This document shows positions 14,172-26,500 of a stretch of DNA of 64,000 bases, in pieces. The notes beneath the pieces were generated by a model. It was not told the origin of the DNA. It did no database searches and was given only the letters and a program-made list of their open reading frames with translations. Positions within the stretch are counted from its first letter, which is position 1. Every line of letters starts with the position of its first letter. Source of the DNA: Patellaria atrata CBS 101060. Lineage: Eukaryota. The position numbers and the translations under genes are program-made. The stretch covers positions 434,001 to 498,000 of the forward strand of contig MU006091.1 in the NCBI GenBank assembly GCA_010093705.1. The letters run 5' to 3'.

Positions 14172-15333
14172 ATGGCATCCTCTTCTACCTCCTCATCCGC
14201 ACCTGCTGTACCTCTGCAGAATTTACGGGTCGGTGTTGAAGTTGAGACGCTTCTAACGCCCGGTGATAAGAATTTGATCGATTTGCCCGGCCGCAAGGCG
14301 AGAATCAACGCGATTGATCGCATTCTAGTACAAAAGATCGATCCAAGTACAGGCGAACCGCGTTATACACTCGGAGACCTCTCAGGTTATAGACAATGGG
14401 CAATAATAGAAGATGCTCCCATCGATCCGTATTATGAGCTGCACTCGGAAGACGGTAAGGAAATAGAACTTGGAATGTACACCCCGATCTGTCCATATAG
14501 AGACTAATAGCGGTATTGCCTAGTCCCCCTGGAGTTTGCGTCTCCCATATTGCAATCGCATCCCAGCCATAAATGGAGAAAAGAAATCACTGATCTTTTC
14601 TCGGATTTCGCGAAGATCAGCGAGATTGACATCTTTGAAATCTGTGGGACCCACATACATTTATCACCTGTTGCTGAAGATGCAGGAGGTTTTTGGGACT
14701 TACCACGATTAAAAAGCATCGCGATGGCCCGCAATCTTCTTTGAGCTCGCGCTGGAACTGCTATATCCCGATTACAGGAGGGAAATAACACTCTCGAGGC
14801 CAAATTACCGCCGCTCCTTCCAATTCAAAAACAGGAGCCTTGATGAAGCCCTCAGTATGATCAATAGCTGCGAAAACCTTATCCAACTGGTAATCATCTT
14901 CAATGATAGTGTTGCATCCAATCCCAGGAGCCTATCTCGCAATTTCAGCTGGGATTTCACGAATGTCACGGGCAGGAATCCGCTCATCAATACCATCGAA
15001 TATCGCCCCCCTCCAGATACCCATGATCCTAAATTTTGCATCGCGTGGGTGGAAATCGGGATTGCTTTTGTCTAAGCGGCTGTCAAACCCTGGAAAATGC
15101 AGGATTTCATTGATATACAGCCATTTGTGGAGCTTTTGGAAGAATTCCTACAAAATAGAGTAGATGATGGCAAATCATCCGATATGATAGCTACGCTCTT
15201 TAGAGGGAGGACGGGAGCTGCGGAATGGAGTAAAGAGCATGCCAGATACATAGATCCCAGCCATCCATCACCATCCCCTGACAAAAAATCTTCCATGGAA
15301 TTGAGATTCGAAAGCGGGGACTCTCCCACCTAA
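14172..15333 (+). pseudogene. Putative amidoligase-family (COOH-NH2 ligase type 2-like) pseudogene
   Basis: Motifs VGVEVE, PLEFASPIL, CGTHIHLS, FFE..L..LYP..RR, WDFTN and TIEYRPPP. Intron 14455-14523. A +1 frameshift near 14728-14731 and an in-frame TAA at 15073-15075. Confidence 0.72.
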
Positions 15334-15489
15334 TAATAGCATTTAGGAAACGTGTTCTCACTGGTCGGAAAGGGCCATTTGTAGGGCCTTTACCACTTCT
15401 GGCCGTGAAAACCAGCTTTTACGCGCAGCTTCCCAAGACGTATCCGCTGTACAATCCCGCGGCTACTTTTCCTTTGTGTACTCCCTCTA

Positions 15490-16120
15490 CCTGTTCTGTC
15501 TTTTTGTGCAGGGACCTCTAGTGCGGATTTCCAGGATTCCGCTCTGAAAACCCTCATTTGAACTAACGGTCCTGTACAAGTTCTCTTTTTTTCCCCTTGC
15601 ATCCTCTATTTCCTTCCAAAAGTACCAACTGTACCTTGCGGTTGTCCAAACTGCACTAGCTATACCCCCCTGTTCTTCCTCTCTCTTTCTGTATCGCCCC
15701 TACTACTTTTATGTTTTCATACCAGGAACTTCACCATGGATCCCCCAGGATACCGTTTTAAAAACCCTCATTTGTATCAAATTTACCGTACAATTGGCCC
15801 CCCTTTCCAGGGTCTTCCTCAATTATGTACGGTACCCGCAGCTATACTTCCCTGCGGTTGCTGGGGAAAGTGCTGCACGCTCCCAGCGGTACTTCTCTTT
15901 TCTATATTACCCCCATCTGCACTGTGTTTTCCTCCCGGGACCTTCAATTTGGACTCCCAGGACACCCTTTTGAAAAGAGTCTTTTGTACTGCCAGTACTG
16001 TATGGGTGGTCCTCTTTTTTACGGTCTTACTTAAATCTGCATGGTAGTTTTATTCGGGATGTCCAGGATTCGGCGCTGAAAATGGTCATTTGTACTAGAT
16101 TTCCTGCACAAATGGCGCTT
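15490..16120. repeat. Degenerate tandem repeat, ~213-bp period (3 copies plus a partial)
   Basis: CCAGGA..C...T(G/A)AAA...TC(A/T)TTTG anchor at 15531, 15745, 15957 and 16063. CYTGCGGTTG at ~15635 and 15851. Confidence 0.7.
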
Positions 16121-16513
16121 CTCTTTATTCCTTATGGCGTATCGGTACGGAATCATAAGGCCAAATTCCCGGGATAAAAGTTTTGCTTGGCTGTTTTTCC
16201 CTTAAATTTCTGTTTCCTAGACCTACTACAATTTCCCTAGGTTGTTGGGGTGCGGTACCAACTGCAAATAGCCCCAAATCCATCATTTCATCATATCTCA
16301 TCTGTATCTCTCCTAAGTATTTCCGGTTTTCCAAAACCTCATCTGGTATATTCACTCATATGGCATATTTAAACATTACATAGATACTTAATAGATTCAC
16401 AATCTCACACCCTCAAACCTCAAATATCAGTTCTCAATGTTGTGCATTGCTTGATCTGTGAAAAATATGATACACAGAATATGAGTCTTTCATCCATTTC
16501 CCTAGTTAAAAAC

Positions 16514-17131
16514 TCAAAAGAATGCCAAATAACATGCCCCCAAAAAGCTCGTCCCGACCATCACCCACCCAGTCTGGATAACAGTCTTATTCTTCATGCC
16601 CACGGCAAAATCCCAACTCAAATGCCTCAATCCGTTAACCGCGTGATACGTGAACGGCCAGGCCGCCAAAAACTTGACGCCGACCTTCGCAAAGGCAGGC
16701 CATGCAGCGAACGCCGTCGCCAGCGTCATCGACTCGATGTGCCAGCCAGTCAGAGGCGCGACGAGGTAGGCGAGCCCATAGAGGTAAAAGGAGCCGGCGA
16801 GGGCGACGCCGGTTATGCGGTTCAGACCCGAGGCATACCAGGTTATCTGCGCTTTGTAGATGGATATGTGCGGGGAGACGGGACGGCGGAGGCGTTGTTG
16901 GACGAGCAGCTCGTTTTCGGTGGCTGTGGCTGGGATATTTTGGGTAGCTGCGAGTCTGTACCTAGGGTATTAGTATTGGAGCTGGAGGACATGCGATGGG
17001 ATGGCAATGGAGATGCGGAGGGAGAGCTACCGTCGTTGCTGGGAGAATGACGCTGCGGGCACGACGGCTCGGGAGAGTGGTTGAGCGGCTACTCGCCGTA
17101 AAGTAGTTTGGAAAGCTCGTTGGGCGAGCAT
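16514..17131 (-). CDS. SDH3: Succinate dehydrogenase cytochrome b560 subunit
   Basis: Mitochondrial presequence MLAQRAFQTTLRR. Intron from 17030 to 16956 (or 16962). Motifs QRLRRPVSPHISIY..QITW..SGLNRITG and FTYHAVNGLRHLSWD. Confidence 0.95.
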
Positions 17132-18249
17132 GGTGATGGATTGATGGTGTGGGAGAGTGCAATGGCGGAGTGGAGAGTTTGTGATATTGGTTCTGATGCT
17201 GGAGACGAAGAGGTGAGGTTATCGTCAACGGCGCGGGCCTCGGAAGTCCGAGGGCCAATCAGAAGGAGGGTGATTGTGAGGTCTGTTACGGTAGACCATT
17301 TGTTTACATGCTTGCAGCACCAGTACGGCTACCGTAGTGATCAGGGATGGTATAAATCTCTGCGGTATGGGATCAGGATGTTTCTTTTCTTCTCTTTTTC
17401 TTTAGAGCATGGGACCTCAACGTCGCGATTCTAGTTCTACGGGGCAATTATGAATTGAGGCTTATATGTCAGCGTTATGCTGATGTCGAGTAGCGTCTCT
17501 AGACAAAATACCCGTAGTTAATCGCGCATCTGTATCTTTTCCGTGGTGCGATGCGTTTCATATCAGGGTTACATATCACGTTCCAGTGAAGAATTATATG
17601 CATTATTCTGTAGAAAAGACAGCTATGAATAGTCTATGCTTGGGTAATCTCATATCCGAATTGAAAAGAGGTGCAATGCTATGGATGAGGATTGAATTGC
17701 CCTGAGATACGCCCCTCTCCTTTCTTCCCCTTTGCATTATGTATACCAAACCAAGGAACTAGTATCCAGTTCTCATCGCGAAGGCATGCATCGCAATTCG
17801 CGTTACCTCATTAGGGAGACCGCCACGTGCTCACGATAGGACTACTATAGAAAATGATATTAGCATTCCGTGCGTATTAGAACTATTGGGTACCCTCAGT
17901 CTAACCAACTGCCTTGTTGAGATGAAGCTGTAAGTATACTTAGGAAGGGATAGGAAGCTTTAAAGTTATATGAATCTTCACTGTAGAATAGAGGAGTACG
18001 AAAATTGGTTTGAAGCAATTACGCTTTGAATAAATAGACGGAAGCGTCCCTAAATCCGCAATCTCCAGCTGGGCATTGGCACCGTAGAACATACATCCTC
18101 ATCCTCAAAGTTGCATCCCCTCACTCAAGCAGTCAGCAACCCTGATTCCATCAATAGATACGAAGGAACCGTTATGATGCAATCAAACCCCGACTTAAAA
18201 ATCAACCACGCTTTAAAAGTCATTGATTATACCATTTCAGAACGCAATA

Positions 18250-20094
18250 ATGACAGACTTCAATCAAATAGCTTCTTCAAACCTCTCACTACCCGCAGAT
18301 TCATACATCTACAGCTTAATTACTCTATCAAAGCGCCTTGAAAGTAGCGTGCTTGCACCAGGGAGCCCAATAGCGGTTATCTCGTCAGATGACTCCCTTC
18401 GCATCTTTGACGCTGATTTAAATTTACTCCCTGATGGAATCTACGAAAATATTCACAACAGTATCACTTGTGTCTCAAGATTTGACGACGACGGGAATAT
18501 TATCGCAACAGCAGGACGAGATGCATGTGTCAAGCTTTGGGACCGAAGGACGAAAAGCAAGGTAGCAGAATTCGTGACCCGTAAGTTGAGACTGCTTTTA
18601 ATCACTATATACCTGATTGAAGGCCATATGTGATTCATTACTAACCACAATCCTGTACTAGCAAAGAAGGAAGCGCTGTCTGCTCTTAATTGCTGCGCTA
18701 GCAACAATGCTATTGTTGCTGGAACGGAGCTCAAGGACGATGGGCCGGGTGAATCGCCGATCTTTCTATGGTAGGTTGTATGGGCTACCCTTTACTGACG
18801 TTCTAAACTTTGATATCTCTTTTATTACTTTCCTGTCAAGAATCTCGTGTCTTCTCTTTATCCTCTCCCTAGTCGGGACGTTCCCCGGGTACTGTACGCT
18901 CGCTCTTAAGGCTGCCATAACTTCTCTGTATATGAAGTCGAAAACGTAATAAATACGCTCCACTGTACACAAGACTTGACCGTACAGCCAGTAGATGTTG
19001 GTTGAGACGGCAGCAGTAATGGACCACCTGGTTATTTTACAAGCGTATGGAGATCGAGGAATGCTTCCGCGAGGTAGCGATATGTCTGAACTATTGTGAC
19101 CCTTTTGAAGCAGGTCTTGATTATTCTTTGTTCATATTCTTTTGCCATATACAGTATCCCGTTCTGCCCTCATCCGTTCGTATTACCTTGCAGAATGTTT
19201 AGGTGCTTATTATAAGATAGGGATACACGAAAAGGCGGTTCCCCTCAACTACAATATGTGGAAAGTCATACAGACACGATCACAGAAGTCAGTATTCCAG
19301 TGTCCAGAATTTTCTTAGTGATTATAATTCGATCCTTTCAGCGTGATGATATTGACTACGCCAGTTACGGTTCAACTCTTCGACCAATCCAACTCATCTC
19401 CTCAGTGGCAGCACCGATGGTCTAATTAATTTGTTCGATCTCTCGCAAGATAATGAAGATGACGCCCTTTTCCAAGTAATAAACAATAAGTCTGCCATCC
19501 ATCATACCGGTTTCCTCACATCCACTTCTGTGTACACGCTCTCTACTGACGAAAAATGGACTCAATACGAGATACGCAATCCTGATGAGGAAGATTCATC
19601 ACATAATCCGGAAGAGAGTCTCGATCTGCGTGAAAGATTGGGCTGCGAATATGTGATAAAAGTTGTAGATGCAGGGGATGCGAAATGGGTAGCAATTGGT
19701 CAGCATAGGCAAGTCTACCGAATAACTTTTATTTAGGTCTGCATCAAGTAGTTGTCGAAATATGTTCTCATCAATATTCAGCACTGGAACTTTACAATTG
19801 GTCCCCCTCCTTACTGGCAATGATACCGCAGTACAACCTTACTTTACAACTAAGTCCTACTCGCGACTGAACTTTGCAGGCGCTCATGGTAACGAGATCG
19901 TCCGGGATGTACTCGTTGATGCCTCAACTATATACTCCTGCGGCGAAGATGGACATATAAGAGCTTGGAAAGCAAGCAGCACAGGTGAAGCGATGGAGAC
20001 GGAAGGTACCGAAAAAGCAAGTAAAGACAAGAAAAAGAAGCATAGAAAAAAAGACAAGGAAGCAGGGAAAGAAGCACGGTTCGCTCCTTATTAG
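18250..20094 (+). CDS. WDR89: WD40-repeat protein, WDR89/YNL035C-like
   Basis: IVAGTEL..IFLW|DTR..YVESHTDTITE|LRF..LLSGSTDGLINLFD..EDDAL..IHHTGF, then GAHGNEIVRD..YSCGEDGHIRAW, ending RFAPY. Introns 18581-18661, 18771-19220, 19288-19364 and 19709-19781 (GC-AG). Confidence 0.88.
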
Positions 20095-20559
20095 CTCCCG
20101 ATTTCTAATGTGTAAGTAGATACCCATGAAATAGGCTAACATAACTACAAAATGACGATATATTACCTGAGCGTTCCTTATAAAGAATACAACCACTCCC
20201 GACATGCTGCTCATCTAGAGAGGAAATTTTCCAGAGTTCGTCGAACCCCACAAATATTTTTCTATACTCTCTAGGGTGAGTACGATCACAAAGAATCATC
20301 TCTACAGATTCCCGTACTCTACAGGACGAGCTCCCAGGGCGCAGTGCCTGAACATTATCAACAGTGCTCATATGTACAGTACGACGTTAGACTTTATAGC
20401 AGCAAAGTATATGTACTACTAGCGTACAGTTAGCAATTAGTTGCTAGTTTTGAACAGGGATAGATGCTTGAAAATTTTCTATTTATTATCCTGGATTAAT
20501 ATTTACCCCTACAACCCTGTGTTAATACTAGGCCAATAAGACGGACTAGGCGGATCACT

Positions 20560-23500
20560 CTACTCTTCCGTAGCAATTTGCACCGTAATAATACACAAGA
20601 ACAGAGCCATCATTACAGCATACCTGTACTTCGTCCACTCATCCTCTGCGAACGCCAAGTGTTCAATCCATCCAAGACACATTAAGAAAAGGAGCTGGAA
20701 GTCCAAAGATTCCCAAAAGGGCCTAGATTCTGCATTAAGAACGCTGCTCCGTTCAGGCGATGGCGTCCTTGACCTTCCATCTGCTGTAGTGACCCAATCA
20801 GGATCTCCATCATCCTCTGGAAGTTCATCACTATCTTCGAGAAATCTCATCATTTCCTCTTCCAATCTCGGGGTCCTAGCTATATCTTGCCTGTACTGCT
20901 CATACAGGCGCAACTTGACTTGACGTACCTGCATCAATACGCGTATACTCCGAGCTCTAGCCGACTGGAGGTCAGAAACGGCGTCGGCGCCGTCCAACTG
21001 GTCGTACGCACGTTCACTGAGATCATCCAGTAAGGCATTTAACGTGCCAACGTGGAGGGAGGTGGGAATGTCAGACATTTGCAGAGGATGGTTGAGCTGG
21101 AGGTTGACTGAGTAGGCCGGCAGAGAGGGAAGGTCGGATAAGATGTTGACGGTGATGGTATCGCTGCCGATAGAGCCGGTACCGAAGTAAAGAGTGTGAA
21201 CCACTGGAAGGGGAACTGAGGATGTCCAGTCTATCGAGGGTACATCGGACTCGTCCTCGCTGTCTTCGTCTTTCTGACTTTCCTCCTCCGTTTCACCACC
21301 CTCATTCTCATCTGTGGTTGCGTATTCTACAACTTCTCCATCTTCTTCATCTTCCTGGCCGTTCCCAGCCTCTTCATATTCCTCGTTTTCCTTGGCGTCC
21401 TTAGATCCCTTCCCCTCCTCGGCCTCCTTTACTTCCCCATCTATTTCAACGTTCTCAGCTATTCTATCTTTCTCGACCTTTTCTGGTTCTTCGTCTTCCT
21501 CCGTCTTATTCTTTCCTGGAACTTCTTCAGCTTTATCAGTTTCTTCAGTTCCTCCCTCAACCTCCCAAACCTCGTTATCGCCACTTGGAACATGTTCTCC
21601 AGACGTTTCTGCGTCCACAAACTTCATACCATGTTCCGTTGAGCTAGTATCATCCGAATCATCGCCTACTGATACTAGCTCTGATTCTGGCTCTGAGTCT
21701 GGCTCTGAGTCTGGCTCTGAGTCTGGCTCTGACTGTGGCTCTGGCTCTAGCCCTTTCTTGGGGTGTGTCTGAGTTGCCCTATCAATAAGTGTCTTCTTGA
21801 GCTCAGCAACATTCAATATCTCGCCGAACTTGAAGACGTCGGCTTCTGGAGGCAAATCAACGTTCACTCTTTCCCTTTTCGGTGACCTTGGGCTCGGATC
21901 CAGAATTGTCCTCTTTGGTGAAGGGGTATGAGCAGGTTGCAGGCCCTCAGTGATCTCTTTCGCTGCTCCGGGGGGTAATTCCCAGATCTTCGGGTTCTTC
22001 ACCTTCCGCTTTCGTGCTGGAGTTGAGGGCTGTAGGAGTGACACTGATTGTTGGCTCTGGTGGGGTTTATTCTCTGGAGACGGTTCTTCTTTGATGGGTT
22101 CTAAAGGAGGAAATGTAAACACTCGAGATGCCCTGGTTGGAGTTCTAGTTTCCGCGACTCTAGATGACTCTTCCCAGGCGTCTCCTTCAGGTTCCTCGAT
22201 TTTGGGTTCTGCTGCGGATGCTTCGACTTTTATTTCCGCTTTGAACGACTCCCCTTGTTCCACTGGTTTACAAGGCCTTTGTTGAATGCAACTTTGGAGC
22301 TGATCTGCAGCCTCATCGAGTTCCTTCATTACTTCTGGAGTTAGTTCTTTCCAGGGTTTTGGAGTCGTAAGCTGTTGGATTGGTTCAGAAGGTTGAGGCT
22401 GATGTTCTCTCTTGCATTGCGACGGTTTCTTCTCAATGGGCTCTTCAACGCTACCGGGTGTGTCAACTGGTGATTTCCTAGTTAGCGCTCTACTCTCCGC
22501 CGCTTTAAATGCCTCTTTCCAAACATTTACTTTGGATATCATTGCTTTGGATATCTCGTCGTTGGCTCCTCCTTTGGATGCTTCATCTTTAGCTCCAATT
22601 GGTCCAGAGTGTTGAGTCCGATATGGTCCCTTGGGTTGCGACGGGCCCTCTTTAATAGGTTCTTCAATGCAGTTGGGTGTGTCATTCGGTGATTTTCTGA
22701 TTGGGCCTCTGGTTTTTACCACTTTAGATGACTCTTTCCGGACATCTAACTTAGATGTCTCGTCTTTAACTCTTAATTCCGATGATTCTCCCTGTCCTGC
22801 TGGTTTAGATGGCTCTTGTTGATTGCGCTTTTTGAGCTGAGCTTCTACGTTAGCAATTACCTTCAGTGTTGCAGCAGACAGTTCTTTTCGGGCCTTTGGA
22901 GTTGTGGGATTCTGCTTCGGAGATGGGGTTGTGCCCTTCCCCTTTGGAGATGGAGTCGAGGGCTGTTGGCCAGATCCTGAATGTTGAGGCGGGTGTGGCT
23001 CCTTGCTTCGAGGGCGTTTATCTTTGTTGGGCTCTAAAGCGCGGCCGGGTGCAGAATTTGGAGATTTCTTGATTGGGGTTTCGGGCCCCTGGGCCACCGC
23101 TTTAAATGCACCTTTCTGGACATCCGCTTTGAGTTCCTCATCTTCGAGACGCGCTATCGTTGACATTATTTGTCCAAATGTCCCTTGGTTACTGCGTTGT
23201 TTCAACTGGCCCGCAACATTAGATGACTCTCCATGGACATCTGCTTTAGAGTCCTCATCATGGCGTCGTAATATGAAGAACGCTCTTGCTTCCGTTTCTT
23301 TACCTGTCTGTTCTCTTAAGCGTTGTTGAATGATCTGATTTGCGACCTCTCTAAATCGATCCATCCCCTTTTCAGCGTGTGCTATAGCATCCTCCGCTGA
23401 AGCTTCACCCTTCTTGACCCTCTCAGCCACTTCTTCGCCTTCCCGCAGCAAATGGAAATGTAATTCCTTCAATAAGGCTAGGTCTGATTCATTAAGAGGA

Positions 23501-26500
23501 CCATGCTTCTCCAAAAAGTTCTCCATTCCTAACAAATTGATCAGACTGATGTTCTCTTTCAGGACGTCTGGTTCCGCTTGAAATTGATTCCCAGCAAGGT
23601 TTGTCGGACATGAGCCTAGCTCTGCAAGCGGAGTTATTGGACTATTATCTTCCGGAACGTTCGTTTTGAATGTTTGCTCCCGCGCATGGAGTTTAGTTGC
23701 AGCTGTCACCTTCCCTAAATCTGTTAGAAATTCCAGCCCCGGGAAGAGTGGTAGAGGTGCTGCTGGGCCGTTTGGTCTGGATGGCTCTGTCTGAACAGGT
23801 AGCTGCTCTAGAGCTCCCTTATTCTCCAAAGCTTTTGAAAAGTTGTATAGTAAGGGCCCAGATTCACCGTTCTTTTGGATATTTGATCTGAATGGGTTGC
23901 CCAGGAGGATCGAATTATTCAGAGCGTTCTCCTTCTGCCAGCTAGTAGGACAGAGTTTACTCCCTTGTCGAGTGTTGGGTTTGGTTGATCCTTCCTGATC
24001 GCTTAATATATTCGCAGAGGTCGCCTTCTCCCAAAAAGCAGCAAAGAGCTTTGGGTTTTGCGGCAGATTGTCTGGTAAACTTTCTTTTAGGACCTCTAAT
24101 CTAGGTGTTTCTTCTCTGACGTCTGGTTTGGAGATCCCCTCGTGGAGTTCCGGCTTGGATGGTTCTTCCTGGATCTCCGGTTCAAGTGAGTCTGCCTGTA
24201 CTTTCGATTTATCCTGAGCCTTCAACTTCTCCCAATAAACAGTAAAGAGTCTTGAAGCTTGCGGTAGAGTGACTGGTGCACTTTCTTTCCGGGCGTCTGG
24301 TCTATCTCCTTCCTCCTGGGCCTTCGGTTGAGATATCTTTTCTTCGGTCCCTAAGTCTGATACCCATTCCTTGACTTCTCGTTCAGATGTTTCTTCTTGA
24401 ACAGCTAGTTTATCCGTTACGTTTCCATTTCTTAAAAATGCAAATGGGTCTGACCGTGCAATGCGTAGTTCAGTTTGCTTCTGCTCATCTGGTTTGGATG
24501 GCTGTTGCTGCGCTAATGTTTTATTCTGACTGTTCGTCCTATCCCACTGAGACTTAAACCGCTCTGAATCTAACACCACCGGGGAAGCCGGGGCACTTTC
24601 TTTCTCGGGGCGTAACTTAACTCCTGGATGATTATTTTTCCGCCCAATAAGAAACTTGTCCCAGATTTTCTTTGAATCTTCTGGTGCCCTTTCAGTTCTG
24701 ACTGTTAGTTTACTCTCTTCTTTAACTTCGGATACAGCTTCTTCCTCGGTTTCTAATTCAGAGGGGAAAGCACCTGGCATCCGCTGTTTATTTTCCCGGG
24801 AATAAACGAATATAGAGGGGAAATTCTCCTCAAGATATGGTCCTTTGCGGTGCAAAGAAGATTGAATCCACGCTGGAACGTTTACGGGAGAAGAGAAAGA
24901 CTTCGCAGGGACTTCCACGGAAAGAGCAAATGTAGCTGCCGTAGGAATGTTCGCAGGTTTTTCTATACTGTGCAAAGATGAGGGCTGTTTATTGTCTCGG
25001 GCCAAAGCGGATACAGAGGGAAAAGTCTCCTCAAGAAATACTTTGTTATTGTGCGAAGAGGAGGGCCACGATGGGACATCCCCGGGGGAAGGGAAAGTCC
25101 TCGTTGGGGCGTCTACGGAAGGAGCAAAAGTGGCTGCTTTCGGAGTGTTTGGAGTGTCCAACTTTAGGGAAGTTGCGAGCGTAGGCAGCTTGATCTTCAT
25201 CAGTGTTCTCCGCCCTGAGCTTGGGGATATATCGAACGTTACCAGGGTATTTCGCGGAGCTGAAGAGGGCGTATAATCAGTCTCAAAGGGCTCAGGTACG
25301 GGGCCTACGTCTTCCTTTGGTTCTGGGGAATGTAAAGAGGAGGAATCATCATTGCTCAACAGATCGGTTAAAGGAACCGTCTTTTCCTCCATAGGAAACG
25401 CGTCCGGGTTTCTCGAAGCTGAAGCGACTGCTTCGGCTTCTGGAAGTCTTTCTGAGAGAGGGGTAGAGAAAAGGCAGTCTACGTATACCGGAAGATATGA
25501 TGCTCTAGATGGTATGGGTTGATCTCCATTCGACGTTACTTGCGGAGGTTCGGGCGCTGGTATAGAAGATGAACCCTGCCGAATCGGATATTTCCTAACA
25601 AGTGGAGGGTCCAAAATTTCGAAATCGGGCATCTTTGTCACTACCACTTCAACTCCTTGTTCTGTACTAGGCAACTTGACTACCTCTGGCTTCGACTCAG
25701 CAGTCGAACCAAGCCGCAGCCGATATGCCTTCATCATAAGCAGCGGTAGGGTCCAGGACTTTCGTACGTCGCTCCAGCCTTCCGGCGATATGGAGATCCA
25801 TTGGAACATGAAGCTCTGGGTAGACATCCAATCCACTCTCTTCGTCACCGCTTGAAGCACGTCTTCTCTTGTCGTCAATGGCGGGATGCAGAACCTGGTA
25901 TCTATTTTCATACCAGCAATACGGACAATGAAGCCTGGTATTTCATCCAACTCCTTTTGTTTGGCAACGACGAGACTACCCTTCTGTTTCCCTATTTCAT
26001 CACTGTTATCTCCTTTCTTTTGACCTGCTGCGACAGCGAAAGGGAGTGCAACAACGCCCAAACCCCCCCCATCCGGATTCGAATCCACACACACCCTCAC
26101 ATTCTGAAATCTCACGTTCCTCACCCGCGCCCGCGCCTTCGACTTCGCAACATCCCACGCCGTAAAAGTGATGAAAGGCGTCGGCGTCGGGATTTGCGGG
26201 TCTATTTGGTCATGTGGAATGAGGTCGAAGCTGTAGACATCCAGGAAACTCTTCTTGATTGCCGGTTCCGTTTCCTTTGATGGGGTCCCCTGTGCTCTAG
26301 CTTTCTTCTTTGTCCCCCATATCCCTTTGCTAGCGGTTGAGGGCGATGCATGTGCTGGCTTCGCGGTAGCGGTAGAGATCTTAGTACCCTTCCGCGCACT
26401 CGCGCGCGATTGTTGAGGCTTGGGCCGCGGGGCTGTGGTAGGTGGTGCTTGTGGTTGTGGTTGCTGCTGGTGAGGTTGCGGGTGCAGTGAATGCTGTAGT

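Noticed and set aside
14473..14478. GAATGT as a mutated splice donor in the amidoligase
   Set aside because: A canonical same-phase GTAAGG donor exists at 14455.
16442..17050. 202-aa plus-strand ORF
   Set aside because: Antisense to GC-rich SDH3 coding sequence.
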